From positions 32,001-96,000 of the IMG/VR virus record IMGVR_UViG_3300048999_000056: DNA of 64,000 nucleotides; one strand, 5' to 3'. Under the pieces are notes generated by a model. It saw only the letters and a program-made list of their open reading frames with translations. It searched no databases and had not been told where the DNA came from. Position 1 is the stretch's first letter. Each line of letters begins with the position of its first letter. Positions 9,668 through 19,734 of the stretch are shown here, one piece after another. The stretch is from a virus. A program made the position numbers and the translations under genes.

Positions 9668-12600
9668 TGCCAAATCTGACGATCAACCTCGGGTCGCTGA
9701 CAGGTAAGACTGTCCCGGCTGCTCTGTATGGTTTCTCGACTGGCGCGCTCGCCGACAACGGCTTCGCCAATGCTGCAGCTACTGCCACGAAGAATGCGTT
9801 GACAACAATCAAGCCGACGCTTGTTCGCGTCAATGCAAACCAGCAAATTCCGGAGAAATACGGAACCGGCAACACCGGCTACACCAACAATTGGTGGAAC
9901 AACCGGGCTGCCTTCATGGACCCAAACCATACTTTTGTCATGTCGGCCGGTCCTTCGTCTGACACCGGCTTGCCTTACTCGGCCAGTCAGGAAGCGACGT
10001 ATGCTTCGAATTTCGCAACTGCAATGCGGAATGCTGGTCACGAGATAACAACTTGGGAGATTGGCAACGAGTCGCTCAACATCTTGCCTGATGTTGCGAG
10101 CTATCTGAATTATTACCTGCCGATCGCTCGCGCTCTGCATACTGTTAATGCCAACTATAAAGTTGGCGGTCCTGCCACGACATGGTGGGGCGCCTATGAT
10201 CCGGCGCAGTTTGCCAATGGTGTTGCGGCCGGTGACTGCGACTTCTACGAGTTCCACGCTTACAACTTCCAGGGCGTAACCGATCATGCGTCCATCTACA
10301 ATGGTGCCAAGAACTTCGGCGATGCAGACTCCATTCGGACCGCTCTGCGAAATACGAAGCTGGCGAATGTGCCGATCTTCCTGTCGGAGTGGAACCTCGA
10401 CGGTGACTTCAATACCAATCCTGGCATTCAGATCACCTATGTAGGCGCCATTGCGGACGCATTGCTGTCAACTCGTATGTGGCAAGGCGATCCGAACATT
10501 ATGGGCGCCGCTTACTGGGATGCTATCAGCGATCCAAAGTTCGGCGCGATTGAAACCAACGGACAGATCAACCCGCCTGGATACTACCTAGGCTACGCCG
10601 GTCAGCACATGCCCGGTGCAGAGGTCACGGTCTCCGGTGTGTCTGGCAATCTGCAAGTGCTGGCGACGAAGAACGGCAGTAACGTTGCAATTCAGCTCGT
10701 CAATTACGATACAGCGTCTGCGTCAGCCAACAACATCACCTTGACTGGTGGACAGCCGTCCGGTGCGATTACGCGTTGGGAGATCGGCAAATCTAATCAG
10801 TCAACGCCGAATGTCTCGACGCAAGCCAGCCTGTCCAGCGTCAATGTGCCGTCTGAGCAAATCGTCATTCTGACCTTCAGCACGGCAGCAGCGCAGCGCT
10901 CGTTGACGGTCAACGCGATAACAGGTGCGCAAGTCGGTTCGACATTTACCGTGTCCGGCACACTGACAAACTTCACGTCGGCCCCGACGCTGCTCTATTC
11001 TGACGATGGCGGCGGCACTCAAGCGCTGCCGGCCGGCGCGAATGTGACTGCAACATCATACAGCTTCACGCATCCGGCGCCGACAATTGCCGGCAACCAT
11101 ACGATCGTCGTGACTGATGGCACCAACTCGGCATCCGCGACATACAGCGTCGTTGACATCACGTGGCAGTCGCGACCGTTGACAGGCTCACTGTCCGACA
11201 CCGTGACAGGACTGGCGCCCTCGACCTCCTACGACTTCCGTGTATCGGCGCAGAACTCGCTCGGCAGCGGTCCGTTCTCAACCGTCGTCACGCGCTCGAC
11301 CGGCACTGTCGCGCCGACGTTGCCGGGTGCGCCTGTAAGCGTATCGTCTTCTGCTGTCTCGTCGTCTTCGGTGACGGTGACATGGGGGGCGCCGACGACA
11401 GGCAGCGCGCCGTTCACCTATCGCGTGCAGTCCTCCCCGGCAGGCTTGGGCACCTGGACCAATCGAGGGACAGGGGTTTCGGGCACAAGCCTGCCAGTGA
11501 CCGGTCTGGCAGCCGCTACGAGCTATGATTTCCGGGTATTCGCCACGAACAGCGTCGGCGAGGGTCCGGCGTCTTCGACTTACAACGTCTCGACCACGAC
11601 AGCGGCAGCAGCAGTTACGTGGGACCCAGCCAACATCGGCGGCGGCGCGACTTTGTCCAACAGCAACCTGACGGTGACAGCGAACGGTTCCACGACACCG
11701 GGCACAGCCTTTCAGGGTGTGCGTAGCACAGTCTCTCAATCGGCCGGCAAACTCGCCTTTGAAGTGACGACAAATGCCTTGACGCAGGACATGGAGATTG
11801 CTCTCGTCAATGGCAATCATGCCCAAACGACTGATGCTGGGGAGGATCAGCTCAACGGCATCGCGTTTTATCCCAGCGGCGGCGGTGGTAGTCAGGCGCC
11901 GATGTCGGTCTACCAAAATAGCGTTCAAGTGCTGGTCCCTAGCGGCTCGCCGATCTCGGATAGCCCCGGTTCGATTGTGACATTCTGCGTTGATCTGACA
12001 GCCCGGTTGTTCTGGGTTACGAGTAACGCGATGCGTAGCGTCTACGGCGCGTCAGCCTGGAATGATAGCGCCAGTGCCAATCCGGCAACCGGCGTTGGTG
12101 GCATACCGATCAACATCACGGGTGCATTGTTTATCTGCTTCTTTTCCTCAGAGGGCGGTGCAGTCGTCACACTCAATGCCGGCTCGTCCACATTCTCCAC
12201 TTTTGTTCCGTCCAGCTTCGCGGCCTGGGGCGGAACAGGAGCAATCACCGCTCCTGGTGCTGTGACAAGCCTGAGTGGCAGCCCGAGTTCTACAAGCGTG
12301 CAGCTGACCTGGAGCGCACCAACGATCGGCACAACGCCGTTTACCTACCACATGCAGATGTCGCCGACCGGCACCAACACGTGGTCTGATCAAGGCACGT
12401 CTTCGTCGGTATCCGGCACCGTTGCAGGTCTGACGCCTGGGACTGGTTATGACTTCCGCGTCTATGCTGCGAATGCAGCCGGCAATGGCGGGTTCTCCAA
12501 CACGATCACGGTCAGCACGACTTCCGGCGTCTCGGGCACGACGTTCGACGAAGAGTTTGGCACGCTGAGCCTACTCAATACGCGCAACACGGCGGCGGGC

Positions 12601-14526
12601 GGCACGTGGCAGCCGGCAGTCTGGTATACTGATGCAAACGGCAGTCCTGATGGCTACGGGATCGATGACGGCTGGTTTGTCAATCCATTCAACCCGGCGA
12701 CGCCGATCAACGACATATATACGATCGTCAGTGGCTCTTTGAACCTCGCGATCGAAGCCAAGCCGGCAAGCGTCGCTCCCTCGGCTGTCGGCAACAAGCC
12801 TTACATGACTGGGCAGCTGCAGACACAGCCGACATTTCGGCAAGCAGGCGGCTACTTTGAAGCGCGGCTTGCCTGTCCGAAGTTGGATGGAACCATGTTC
12901 GCGTGGTGGTTCTATTCCGACAACGGCAACCAGATGAACCTGGAGATTCCGACCGTCCAGGGCGGCGGTCAGTTCGCCAAATACAGTCTGTGGAACCAGG
13001 GCTCGCAGGCGATCGTCAACGAGTTCTACAGCTACAACATGGCGAGCCCGATCGACTGCACGCAATTCCACACTTACGGCATCGATTGGAACCCGCCAAC
13101 CGGACTGATGACGTTCTACATCGATGGCGCACAGGTTATGCAGGCGCCGATCCCGGCCGGCTTCACCGATCCGATGTACATGCTCTTGTCGAGCTACACA
13201 GGTTCGGCCGGCTGGTATGGTTCGATCACCAATCCTGCCGGGTTGCCGATCAAGATGCAGGTTGACTACGTGCGCGCATTTCCGATCGGGCATGGTCCTG
13301 GTAGCGGTGTTGCCGCGCAACCTGTCACGACGTTCCTGAGTTCGCTTGGCGTCAACGTCCATATCGATCAGGGTTTCAGCGCGAACTCATATATCACACC
13401 GCTGCAGTTCACCGGGATCAAGAACATCCGCACCGGCTACAGCAACATTGGCGGTGCCGTGACGGCGCACAACTCAGCCGGCGTAATGGTCAACGTGTTC
13501 GGTTCGTCTGATCTCACGAGTCACCTTGCAGCAGCGCGGACTCTTGCCACCAACGGCGCGCTGCTATCAATCGAAGGACCGAACGAGCCCAACAATTTCC
13601 CCTTCAGCTACCTGGGCAATCAGGGCGGCGGCTCGGGCACATGGGTCCCGGTAGCGCAGTATCAACGCGATCTTTATGCAGGCGTCAAAGCCGATAGCCA
13701 GCTGCAGAACTTCCCCGTGTTCCACGTTTCTGAGGGTGCCGGCGAGACGGACAACGTTGGCATGCAGTTCCTGACGATACCGAACGGCGCCGGTATCGCC
13801 ATGCCTGACGGCACGAAGTATGCCGACTATGCCAATCCGCACAACTACGTCTCAGGCAATCTGGGCGGTCAGTATGTCAACAACACGGCATGGAACGCTG
13901 CCGATCCGACATTGAACGGCTCCTGGGACGGGCTCTATGTGGAGTATGGGCGGACGTGGCGCGGCGGCTTTGCCGGCTACAGCAATGCGGACTTGCAGAC
14001 GTTGCCACGCGTCACGTCAGAAACCGGCTGGGACTCGACCTCGCTTGGCGAGACGATACAGGGCAAGGTTCTGCTCAACACCTACCTCGCGCAGTTCAAG
14101 CGCGGGTGGCGCTACACGTTCATCTATGAAATGTTCGACCAGGAAGCGTCATCGGGCAACCAGGGGCTGTATCGCAGTGACAAGGTGACGGCGAAGCTGG
14201 CCGCTACCTACATTCACAACATGACAACGATATTGGCTGGCGGGTCGAACATCGCCACGACGCCGCTTGCCTATTCGATCGCCAACCAGCCGGCGACTGT
14301 GCACGATCTGTTGCTGCAGAAAACCGGCAACGTCTATGATCTGATCGTCTGGGGCGAACAGGTATCCGGTTCAAACAACGTGGTTGTCAACCTTGCGGTG
14401 GCACGTTCCTCCATCAAAGTCTTCGATCCGACTGTCGGCACGGCTGCTGTGCAAACGTTGACAAATGCCAGCTCCGTGACGCTTTCGGTGAGCGATCATC
14501 CCTTCATCATAGAGATCACGCTCTGA
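9667..14526 (+). CDS. Large multidomain appendage: clan GH-A hydrolase, Ig-like, FN3, SPRY-like, degenerate GH16, second GH-A hydrolase
   Basis: WEIGNE / FLSEWN and IEGPNEPNN / TSETGW catalytic pairs; FN3 repeats; GGYFEAR...FHTYGIDW...MQVDYVR. Confidence 0.75.
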   Translation: MPNLTINLGSLTGKTVPAALYGFSTGALADNGFANAAATATKNALTTIKPTLVRVNANQQIPEKYGTGNTGYTNNWWNNRAAFMDPNHTFVMSAGPSSDTGLPYSASQEATYASNFATAMRNAGHEITTWEIGNESLNILPDVASYLNYYLPIARALHTVNANYKVGGPATTWWGAYDPAQFANGVAAGDCDFYEFHAYNFQGVTDHASIYNGAKNFGDADSIRTALRNTKLANVPIFLSEWNLDGDFNTNPGIQITYVGAIADALLSTRMWQGDPNIMGAAYWDAISDPKFGAIETNGQINPPGYYLGYAGQHMPGAEVTVSGVSGNLQVLATKNGSNVAIQLVNYDTASASANNITLTGGQPSGAITRWEIGKSNQSTPNVSTQASLSSVNVPSEQIVILTFSTAAAQRSLTVNAITGAQVGSTFTVSGTLTNFTSAPTLLYSDDGGGTQALPAGANVTATSYSFTHPAPTIAGNHTIVVTDGTNSASATYSVVDITWQSRPLTGSLSDTVTGLAPSTSYDFRVSAQNSLGSGPFSTVVTRSTGTVAPTLPGAPVSVSSSAVSSSSVTVTWGAPTTGSAPFTYRVQSSPAGLGTWTNRGTGVSGTSLPVTGLAAATSYDFRVFATNSVGEGPASSTYNVSTTTAAAAVTWDPANIGGGATLSNSNLTVTANGSTTPGTAFQGVRSTVSQSAGKLAFEVTTNALTQDMEIALVNGNHAQTTDAGEDQLNGIAFYPSGGGGSQAPMSVYQNSVQVLVPSGSPISDSPGSIVTFCVDLTARLFWVTSNAMRSVYGASAWNDSASANPATGVGGIPINITGALFICFFSSEGGAVVTLNAGSSTFSTFVPSSFAAWGGTGAITAPGAVTSLSGSPSSTSVQLTWSAPTIGTTPFTYHMQMSPTGTNTWSDQGTSSSVSGTVAGLTPGTGYDFRVYAANAAGNGGFSNTITVSTTSGVSGTTFDEEFGTLSLLNTRNTAAGGTWQPAVWYTDANGSPDGYGIDDGWFVNPFNPATPINDIYTIVSGSLNLAIEAKPASVAPSAVGNKPYMTGQLQTQPTFRQAGGYFEARLACPKLDGTMFAWWFYSDNGNQMNLEIPTVQGGGQFAKYSLWNQGSQAIVNEFYSYNMASPIDCTQFHTYGIDWNPPTGLMTFYIDGAQVMQAPIPAGFTDPMYMLLSSYTGSAGWYGSITNPAGLPIKMQVDYVRAFPIGHGPGSGVAAQPVTTFLSSLGVNVHIDQGFSANSYITPLQFTGIKNIRTGYSNIGGAVTAHNSAGVMVNVFGSSDLTSHLAAARTLATNGALLSIEGPNEPNNFPFSYLGNQGGGSGTWVPVAQYQRDLYAGVKADSQLQNFPVFHVSEGAGETDNVGMQFLTIPNGAGIAMPDGTKYADYANPHNYVSGNLGGQYVNNTAWNAADPTLNGSWDGLYVEYGRTWRGGFAGYSNADLQTLPRVTSETGWDSTSLGETIQGKVLLNTYLAQFKRGWRYTFIYEMFDQEASSGNQGLYRSDKVTAKLAATYIHNMTTILAGGSNIATTPLAYSIANQPATVHDLLLQKTGNVYDLIVWGEQVSGSNNVVVNLAVARSSIKVFDPTVGTAAVQTLTNASSVTLSVSDHPFIIEITL

Positions 14527-14527
14527 T

Positions 14528-15736
14528 ATGTCCGGCACGATAACAACAACGCCCATCTGCACCGTAGATCGGCTTGGCATTCATGCGCCAAGCTATCAGG
14601 ACGTGCTGTCCTATTTGCAGCAGCAGTACCAAGCGATCTACGGGGCCGATGTCTATCTCGGGAATGACAGCCAGGATGGCCAGTTTCTGGCCGTGCTCGC
14701 GCTGGCTATCCATGACACGAACAGCATGGCAGTCGCGGTCTACGGGGCGTTCTCGCCTGCCACGGCGCAAGGTGCCGGTCTGTCATCGGTGGTCAAGATC
14801 AACGGCATCCGCCGGCTGATCGCGACCAACTCCACCGTTGACGTTGTGCTGGTCGGACAGAACGGCACGACGATCCTCAACGGCATTGTGCGCGATGCGA
14901 ACGGCAACAATTGGCTGCTGCCGCCGTCTGTGACGATCCCCCCTGCCGGACAGGTGACGGCGACGGCGCAGTCAGCCAACCCCGGCGCTGTCTCGCTCGC
15001 GGCGCGCGGCATCGATACGTCGAACGATGCCGGCACGATCCTGACGCCGACGCGTGGCTGGCAGAGTGCCAGCAATCCGTTGCCGGCGGTGCAGGGTGAT
15101 CCGCTGGAATCGGACGCAGCACTGCGCCAGCGTCAGACTGTCTCAACGGCGCTGCCGTCGCAGACTGTGCTCGATGGCATTGTCGGCGATGTTGCCAGCG
15201 TGCCCGGCGTGCTGCGCTATCAGGTCTACGAGAACGATACCGGTGTAACCGATATCAACGGCATACCACCCCATTCGATTGCGTTTGTGGTGGACGGTGG
15301 CGACGCCAGTCAGATTGCCCAAGCCATTGCGTTGAAGAAGACACCGGGCAGCCCGACCTACGGCACCACGACTGAAATCGTCATCGATGATCAAGGCACC
15401 GGGCATTCGATCAACTTCTTCCGGCCGACACCGGTTCCGATCACGGTCGCGATCACGATCGCACCGCTGGCAGGCTTCACGACAGCGACAGAGGCGGTCA
15501 TTGTCCGCGCCGTGGCTGACTACATATCGGCGCAACCGATTGGCATAGACGTGCTGCTGACCAAGCTGTATTCGCCGGCCAATCTGACTCCGCCTGTCGG
15601 CAATACGTTCAACATTGTGTCGCTGGCAATTTCGCGATCCGGCACGCCGACGGCGCAGGACGTGCCTATTGCCTTCAACGAGGCGGCAATTTGCACCACT
15701 GACAACGTAACACTGACAGCGCTGGTCAACCCGTAA
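14528..15736 (+). CDS. Baseplate J-like protein
   Basis: IYG.D.YL..DSQDGQ, A.G.GL...VKINGI.R, ESDA.LR.RQ, VYENDT...D.NGIPPHSI. Confidence 0.9.
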   Translation: MSGTITTTPICTVDRLGIHAPSYQDVLSYLQQQYQAIYGADVYLGNDSQDGQFLAVLALAIHDTNSMAVAVYGAFSPATAQGAGLSSVVKINGIRRLIATNSTVDVVLVGQNGTTILNGIVRDANGNNWLLPPSVTIPPAGQVTATAQSANPGAVSLAARGIDTSNDAGTILTPTRGWQSASNPLPAVQGDPLESDAALRQRQTVSTALPSQTVLDGIVGDVASVPGVLRYQVYENDTGVTDINGIPPHSIAFVVDGGDASQIAQAIALKKTPGSPTYGTTTEIVIDDQGTGHSINFFRPTPVPITVAITIAPLAGFTTATEAVIVRAVADYISAQPIGIDVLLTKLYSPANLTPPVGNTFNIVSLAISRSGTPTAQDVPIAFNEAAICTTDNVTLTALVNP

Positions 15737-17610
15737 TGGCATGGGGCGTCCACAACAGCAACCTGTTGCTATCGAACAGCAACAGGACACTTACGCAGAA
15801 CGGTCAGCAGTTCTCGGTGCTGTCGGCTGCAGGCGCCCGCTTTGTCACGTCCGGCAAGTTCTACTGGGAACTCGTCCTCAACGCTGATTTGTCGTCGGGC
15901 GGCACTCTTGAATCCGGTAACAGCTTCATCAATATCGGTGTCGCCAACCCTTCGTTCGATGCCACGCTCACAAGCCCCGACATTGGCGGCACGACCAACG
16001 CGTATCAGTGGTACACATTCGGCGGTGGCGGCTCTGGCAACTACAACGGCACCTATCAGTTTCCGCTGCCGGCATTTGCGCAGGGCAACACTGCGCAAGT
16101 CGCGTTGGATGCCACCAATCATACGATGTGGCTCAACGTCAATAACGCTGGTTGGATCGGCAACAACGGCAACGCCGGTGATCCGGCTGCCGGCACCAAC
16201 GGTATTCCGCTAGCATCTGGTTTGTATACGGGCGGACTCGCGCCCGCAATCAGCTTCCAACCTTCTACGAACAATCAGGTAACTGGCAACTTCGCACCGG
16301 CCAACTGGACCTACACGGCGCCGTCCGGTTTCGGCTCGATTGACACGCAGACGCTCAACGCGACAGCGGCATTTGCCGGTGCCGGCTCCCTTACGGTCAA
16401 CGCTACTGTCCCTGCTCAGTCGCTCAAGCAGGCGAGCGCGGCACTGGCCGGCATCGGTTCGGTCACGGCAAACGCACGGCTGCGAGCGCGCGGTATTGCG
16501 CTGTTCCAGGGCGTAGGAACCGTCTCGGCAGCGACGCGCGGACCAGTGCCTGCCTCGGCTAGTCCGGCAGGCGTAGGCAGCCTGAGCGTGGTGGAACGGG
16601 TGACGATCCACGGCTCGGCTAGTCTCTCAGGGGCAGGCTCTGTTTCGGTGTTCTTCACACCGATTGCGGCGCCCCCTCCGGTGATCGTGCCACCGCCTGC
16701 CGTGCAGGTTCCCGTTGACGATTATCTGCGGCTGATACCGAGCTACAACGCCATTCAGCCGAAGTTCATGGCGACGTTGCGATCAGTTGTTCAACCATTC
16801 GCCGATCAGCAGGAGTTCCTGTCGTCACTGCCGCAGGTATTCGACCTCGATACGGCGATTGGCGTGCAGCTCGATCAGGTCGGCTTGTGGATTGGCCGTG
16901 ACCGCACCATTGAGACGCCGATCAGCGGTGTTTACTTTTCGTGGGATACGCCTGGACTTGGCTGGGAGCAAGGCACGTGGCAGGGCACCTTCGATCCGAG
17001 CGAGGGTCTGACGGTGCTGGACGATGAAACCTATCGGCAGTTGCTTTACGCGAAGATCGGTTCCAACAACTGGGACAGCTCGCCGCAGAGTATTGTTGAT
17101 ATTCTGTCAACGCTGCTTGAGGGTCAAGGCGCCGTTGCGATAACCGTCACCGACAACAACGATATGACGATATCGGTCAACGTAAGCGGTGCGATCAACA
17201 GCGTTGTGTTTCGCTCGTTGATCCTAAACGGTGAGGTTCCGATCAAGCCTGCGGGCGTCGGTATCACCTACAACCTGCCAGCGCCCGGCGCGACAGTCTC
17301 CTATCCCGGCACGGCCTTCATTGGCGGCTCTGGCGGACTTGTTGCCAACGCTACGGTGCAGCGGCCCGGAACGCAGTTTGCGTCGGCCAATGTAGTCGTG
17401 AGCGGTGTTGTTGTTGCCCGCGCTACCATTCGAGATACGCAGGCGCGCGCAACATTTTCCGGTGTCGGCAACGTCGTGGTGGCGCCGACTGCCAGATTGC
17501 AGGCGCGGACAACGCTTGCCGGTGCCGGCGGACTGCTCGGCGTGGCGACCCTGCGAGCGCGAGCGCAAGTCACAATTCAAGGGGCTGGTGGGCGGACATT
17601 CAACGTATAA
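15736..17610 (+). CDS. Baseplate wedge (DUF2612-like) with N-terminal SPRY-like domain and AGxGS repeats
   Basis: FDLDTAIGVQLDQVGLWIG...LDDETYR.LL.AKI..N.WD; N-terminal SGKFYWE domain. Confidence 0.8.
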   Translation: MAWGVHNSNLLLSNSNRTLTQNGQQFSVLSAAGARFVTSGKFYWELVLNADLSSGGTLESGNSFINIGVANPSFDATLTSPDIGGTTNAYQWYTFGGGGSGNYNGTYQFPLPAFAQGNTAQVALDATNHTMWLNVNNAGWIGNNGNAGDPAAGTNGIPLASGLYTGGLAPAISFQPSTNNQVTGNFAPANWTYTAPSGFGSIDTQTLNATAAFAGAGSLTVNATVPAQSLKQASAALAGIGSVTANARLRARGIALFQGVGTVSAATRGPVPASASPAGVGSLSVVERVTIHGSASLSGAGSVSVFFTPIAAPPPVIVPPPAVQVPVDDYLRLIPSYNAIQPKFMATLRSVVQPFADQQEFLSSLPQVFDLDTAIGVQLDQVGLWIGRDRTIETPISGVYFSWDTPGLGWEQGTWQGTFDPSEGLTVLDDETYRQLLYAKIGSNNWDSSPQSIVDILSTLLEGQGAVAITVTDNNDMTISVNVSGAINSVVFRSLILNGEVPIKPAGVGITYNLPAPGATVSYPGTAFIGGSGGLVANATVQRPGTQFASANVVVSGVVVARATIRDTQARATFSGVGNVVVAPTARLQARTTLAGAGGLLGVATLRARAQVTIQGAGGRTFNV

Positions 17611-17628
17611 CTGCGGACGTATGATCTT

Positions 17629-18816
17629 ATGGCACAGAACGACTTTCTTCTCTGGGCAACTGGCGCGAACGCCAACGTCTTATCGCAGGCGGAGTATGCC
17701 GGCCTTGGCAATCGGTCGTCAGGCGTCGTCGCTGGTGTAGCGTCCGGCAAGCTCTACAATAAACAAAACCGTCAGGCGTCGATAATCTCGTCGATGATCG
17801 CGCAGTTCATCAGCGATCGGCTCAACGCCGACGTGATAGATGACGGCACCATCGCGACGATCGAAGCCAACTTTACCGCTGCCGTCCGCAGCGTCTTCAG
17901 CATTCCGAACACAGGCGTTGTGCCGGGCACCTACGGTCCGACCATGACACTGTCAGTGCAGGCAGACGGTCGGATCACGGCATTGTCGAGCACGGGATTG
18001 ACATCTTCGGGCGTGCCGCCCGGAACCTACGTCGGCACGACGATAACGGTTGCGGCGGACGGCCGCATAACGGCGATCTCTGGCGTGCCGTACGGTCAGA
18101 TCGGTGGCGACAACAACTGGCAAGGTGGCAACACCTTTAATCATCTGGACAACGGTGGCAACGGCGGTCAATTCCGAGCTGTGCAGGGTTCCTACGGTTC
18201 GATGTGGCGTAACGATGGTAGCTCGACGTATCTGCTATCGACCGCTGCCGGGCAGCAGACCGGCATATGGAGTGCCTACCGTCCGTTCTACTGGAATATG
18301 GCGACAGGCGCCGTCACGATCGACGGAACTGCGTCAGGTGTCAACTTCGGTGGCGCGATAAGCACTGGCCAGGGGATCACGGCTGGATCAGGGAACATCA
18401 CAGCCAATTCGGGGCGCCTACGCGCCGGCTTGGGTGCGTTCGGGTCCGGTGATGCCTTTGCTGGCGTCATTCTCTCGGACGTGTTTCTCGGCGGCAATCT
18501 GGGCAACGATGATTGGTCCTACATGCGGCTGCCGAGCGGCTACATCATCCAGACTTATCGCGGCGCGACTACCAACGGTGGCGAGTTCATCACGTTCCCG
18601 GTGGCGTTCCCCAATGCCTGCCTGCAAGTGTTGGTGCATGAGGGAAATCCGCAAGGATGGATTCCGCCGGCAATTTCCTTCGTCAGCCCAACGATCTTCG
18701 GCACGCAGCAGTTGAGCGCAAATGCCTTTGCTCTCTACTGCGTGCGATACAACTCGAATGCTACTTGGTTCCTTGCTGGTGGCATAGCATTTCGGTACAT
18801 CGCCATCGGCTACTAA
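17629..18816 (+). CDS. Tail fibre protein
   Basis: N-terminal NDFL......ANV.SQAEY...G.A.....NK..RQ; RNDG...YLL.T; C-terminal LPSG.IIQ...FP.AFPNAC...Y.AIGY. Confidence 0.85.
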   Translation: MAQNDFLLWATGANANVLSQAEYAGLGNRSSGVVAGVASGKLYNKQNRQASIISSMIAQFISDRLNADVIDDGTIATIEANFTAAVRSVFSIPNTGVVPGTYGPTMTLSVQADGRITALSSTGLTSSGVPPGTYVGTTITVAADGRITAISGVPYGQIGGDNNWQGGNTFNHLDNGGNGGQFRAVQGSYGSMWRNDGSSTYLLSTAAGQQTGIWSAYRPFYWNMATGAVTIDGTASGVNFGGAISTGQGITAGSGNITANSGRLRAGLGAFGSGDAFAGVILSDVFLGGNLGNDDWSYMRLPSGYIIQTYRGATTNGGEFITFPVAFPNACLQVLVHEGNPQGWIPPAISFVSPTIFGTQQLSANAFALYCVRYNSNATWFLAGGIAFRYIAIGY

Positions 18817-18827
18817 GGAGGGAGAAC

Positions 18828-19052
18828 ATGCCGCAATATGCCTACTTCGATCATACTCAACCAGAGCCGCAGCATGTGCTCGGCTGGTATGACACGGATA
18901 TCGTTGACTACAAGGACAAGCTGCCGAAGCCCGATGATCTGTTGGAGTTGAACGCCAACCAATGGGCAAGGCGATTGATCGGGCACTGGGCCGTCAAAGG
19001 TGGCGGTTTGATCCCTTACGATCCGCGTCCAGCGCCAGGAGTCGGCGGATGA
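18828..19052 (+). CDS. Tail fibre assembly-like small protein
   Basis: Strong RBS (AAGGAGGG); YAYFD......V.GWYDT; directly follows the fibre gene. Confidence 0.55.
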   Translation: MPQYAYFDHTQPEPQHVLGWYDTDIVDYKDKLPKPDDLLELNANQWARRLIGHWAVKGGGLIPYDPRPAPGVGG

Positions 19053-19546
19053 AGCCAATCCTCCTCTCATTATTGTTGCTGACTGCATGCGCCAGTCAGC
19101 AGCACGTAGCTCCGCCACTGCCTGCGCCTGCGCCTGTTGCAGACGGCGCAACGACGGTGCCGCCGCCTGATGTCACGGCGACAACGGTCAAGGATGTTTC
19201 CGGTCCAACCGTCGTCATCATGCCGTCGCATACGTTGATCTTGTATCTCTCCGAGGATGCATACAATGGTGACGTGCAGGTCCAGGTGACGATCGGCGGG
19301 GCGAACGTGTTTGCCAAGCCGGTGAACGTGACGGCGAAGCACGCGCTCAACCAGCGCCAAGTCTTCACGATCCTCGGTGCATGGCCGAACAAGCCCCAGG
19401 TGACGGTTACATTCAGCAATGATGCCTACGGCGGCAGCGCGTCGAAGGACCGCAACCTCTACGTGGTGGGCTCGATCTACGACAACGTCACGTCCAAGGT
19501 TTCGCGCACGCTATGCTGCAATGGTAGCTGGACATTCACGCCATGA
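19049..19546 (+). CDS. Lipoprotein with carbohydrate-binding (CBM60-like) domain
   Basis: Lipobox LTAC, Pro-rich linker, SEDAYNGD...F.NDAYGG....DRNLYV. Confidence 0.65.
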   Translation: MKPILLSLLLLTACASQQHVAPPLPAPAPVADGATTVPPPDVTATTVKDVSGPTVVIMPSHTLILYLSEDAYNGDVQVQVTIGGANVFAKPVNVTAKHALNQRQVFTILGAWPNKPQVTVTFSNDAYGGSASKDRNLYVVGSIYDNVTSKVSRTLCCNGSWTFTP

Positions 19547-19734
19547 CAGACACGATAATTGAAGATGTCGGCGGTGTTGCACAGGCTATGAAGTCCATGC
19601 ATATCGCCGATGCCGAAGCGCTTACAGGCGAGTGGCTGGACCGACTGGCAGCGCAATACCGGCTCGACCGTGGGCATCTGGAAAGCGATTACAGCCTACG
19701 CAACCGACTGGTCAACCGTATTCGAGGCGCGTGA
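19543..19734 (+). CDS. Hypothetical protein
   Basis: Coupled overlaps; GEWLDRLA...R...ESD..LR.R resembles a baseplate-J fragment. Confidence 0.45.
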   Translation: MTDTIIEDVGGVAQAMKSMHIADAEALTGEWLDRLAAQYRLDRGHLESDYSLRNRLVNRIRGA

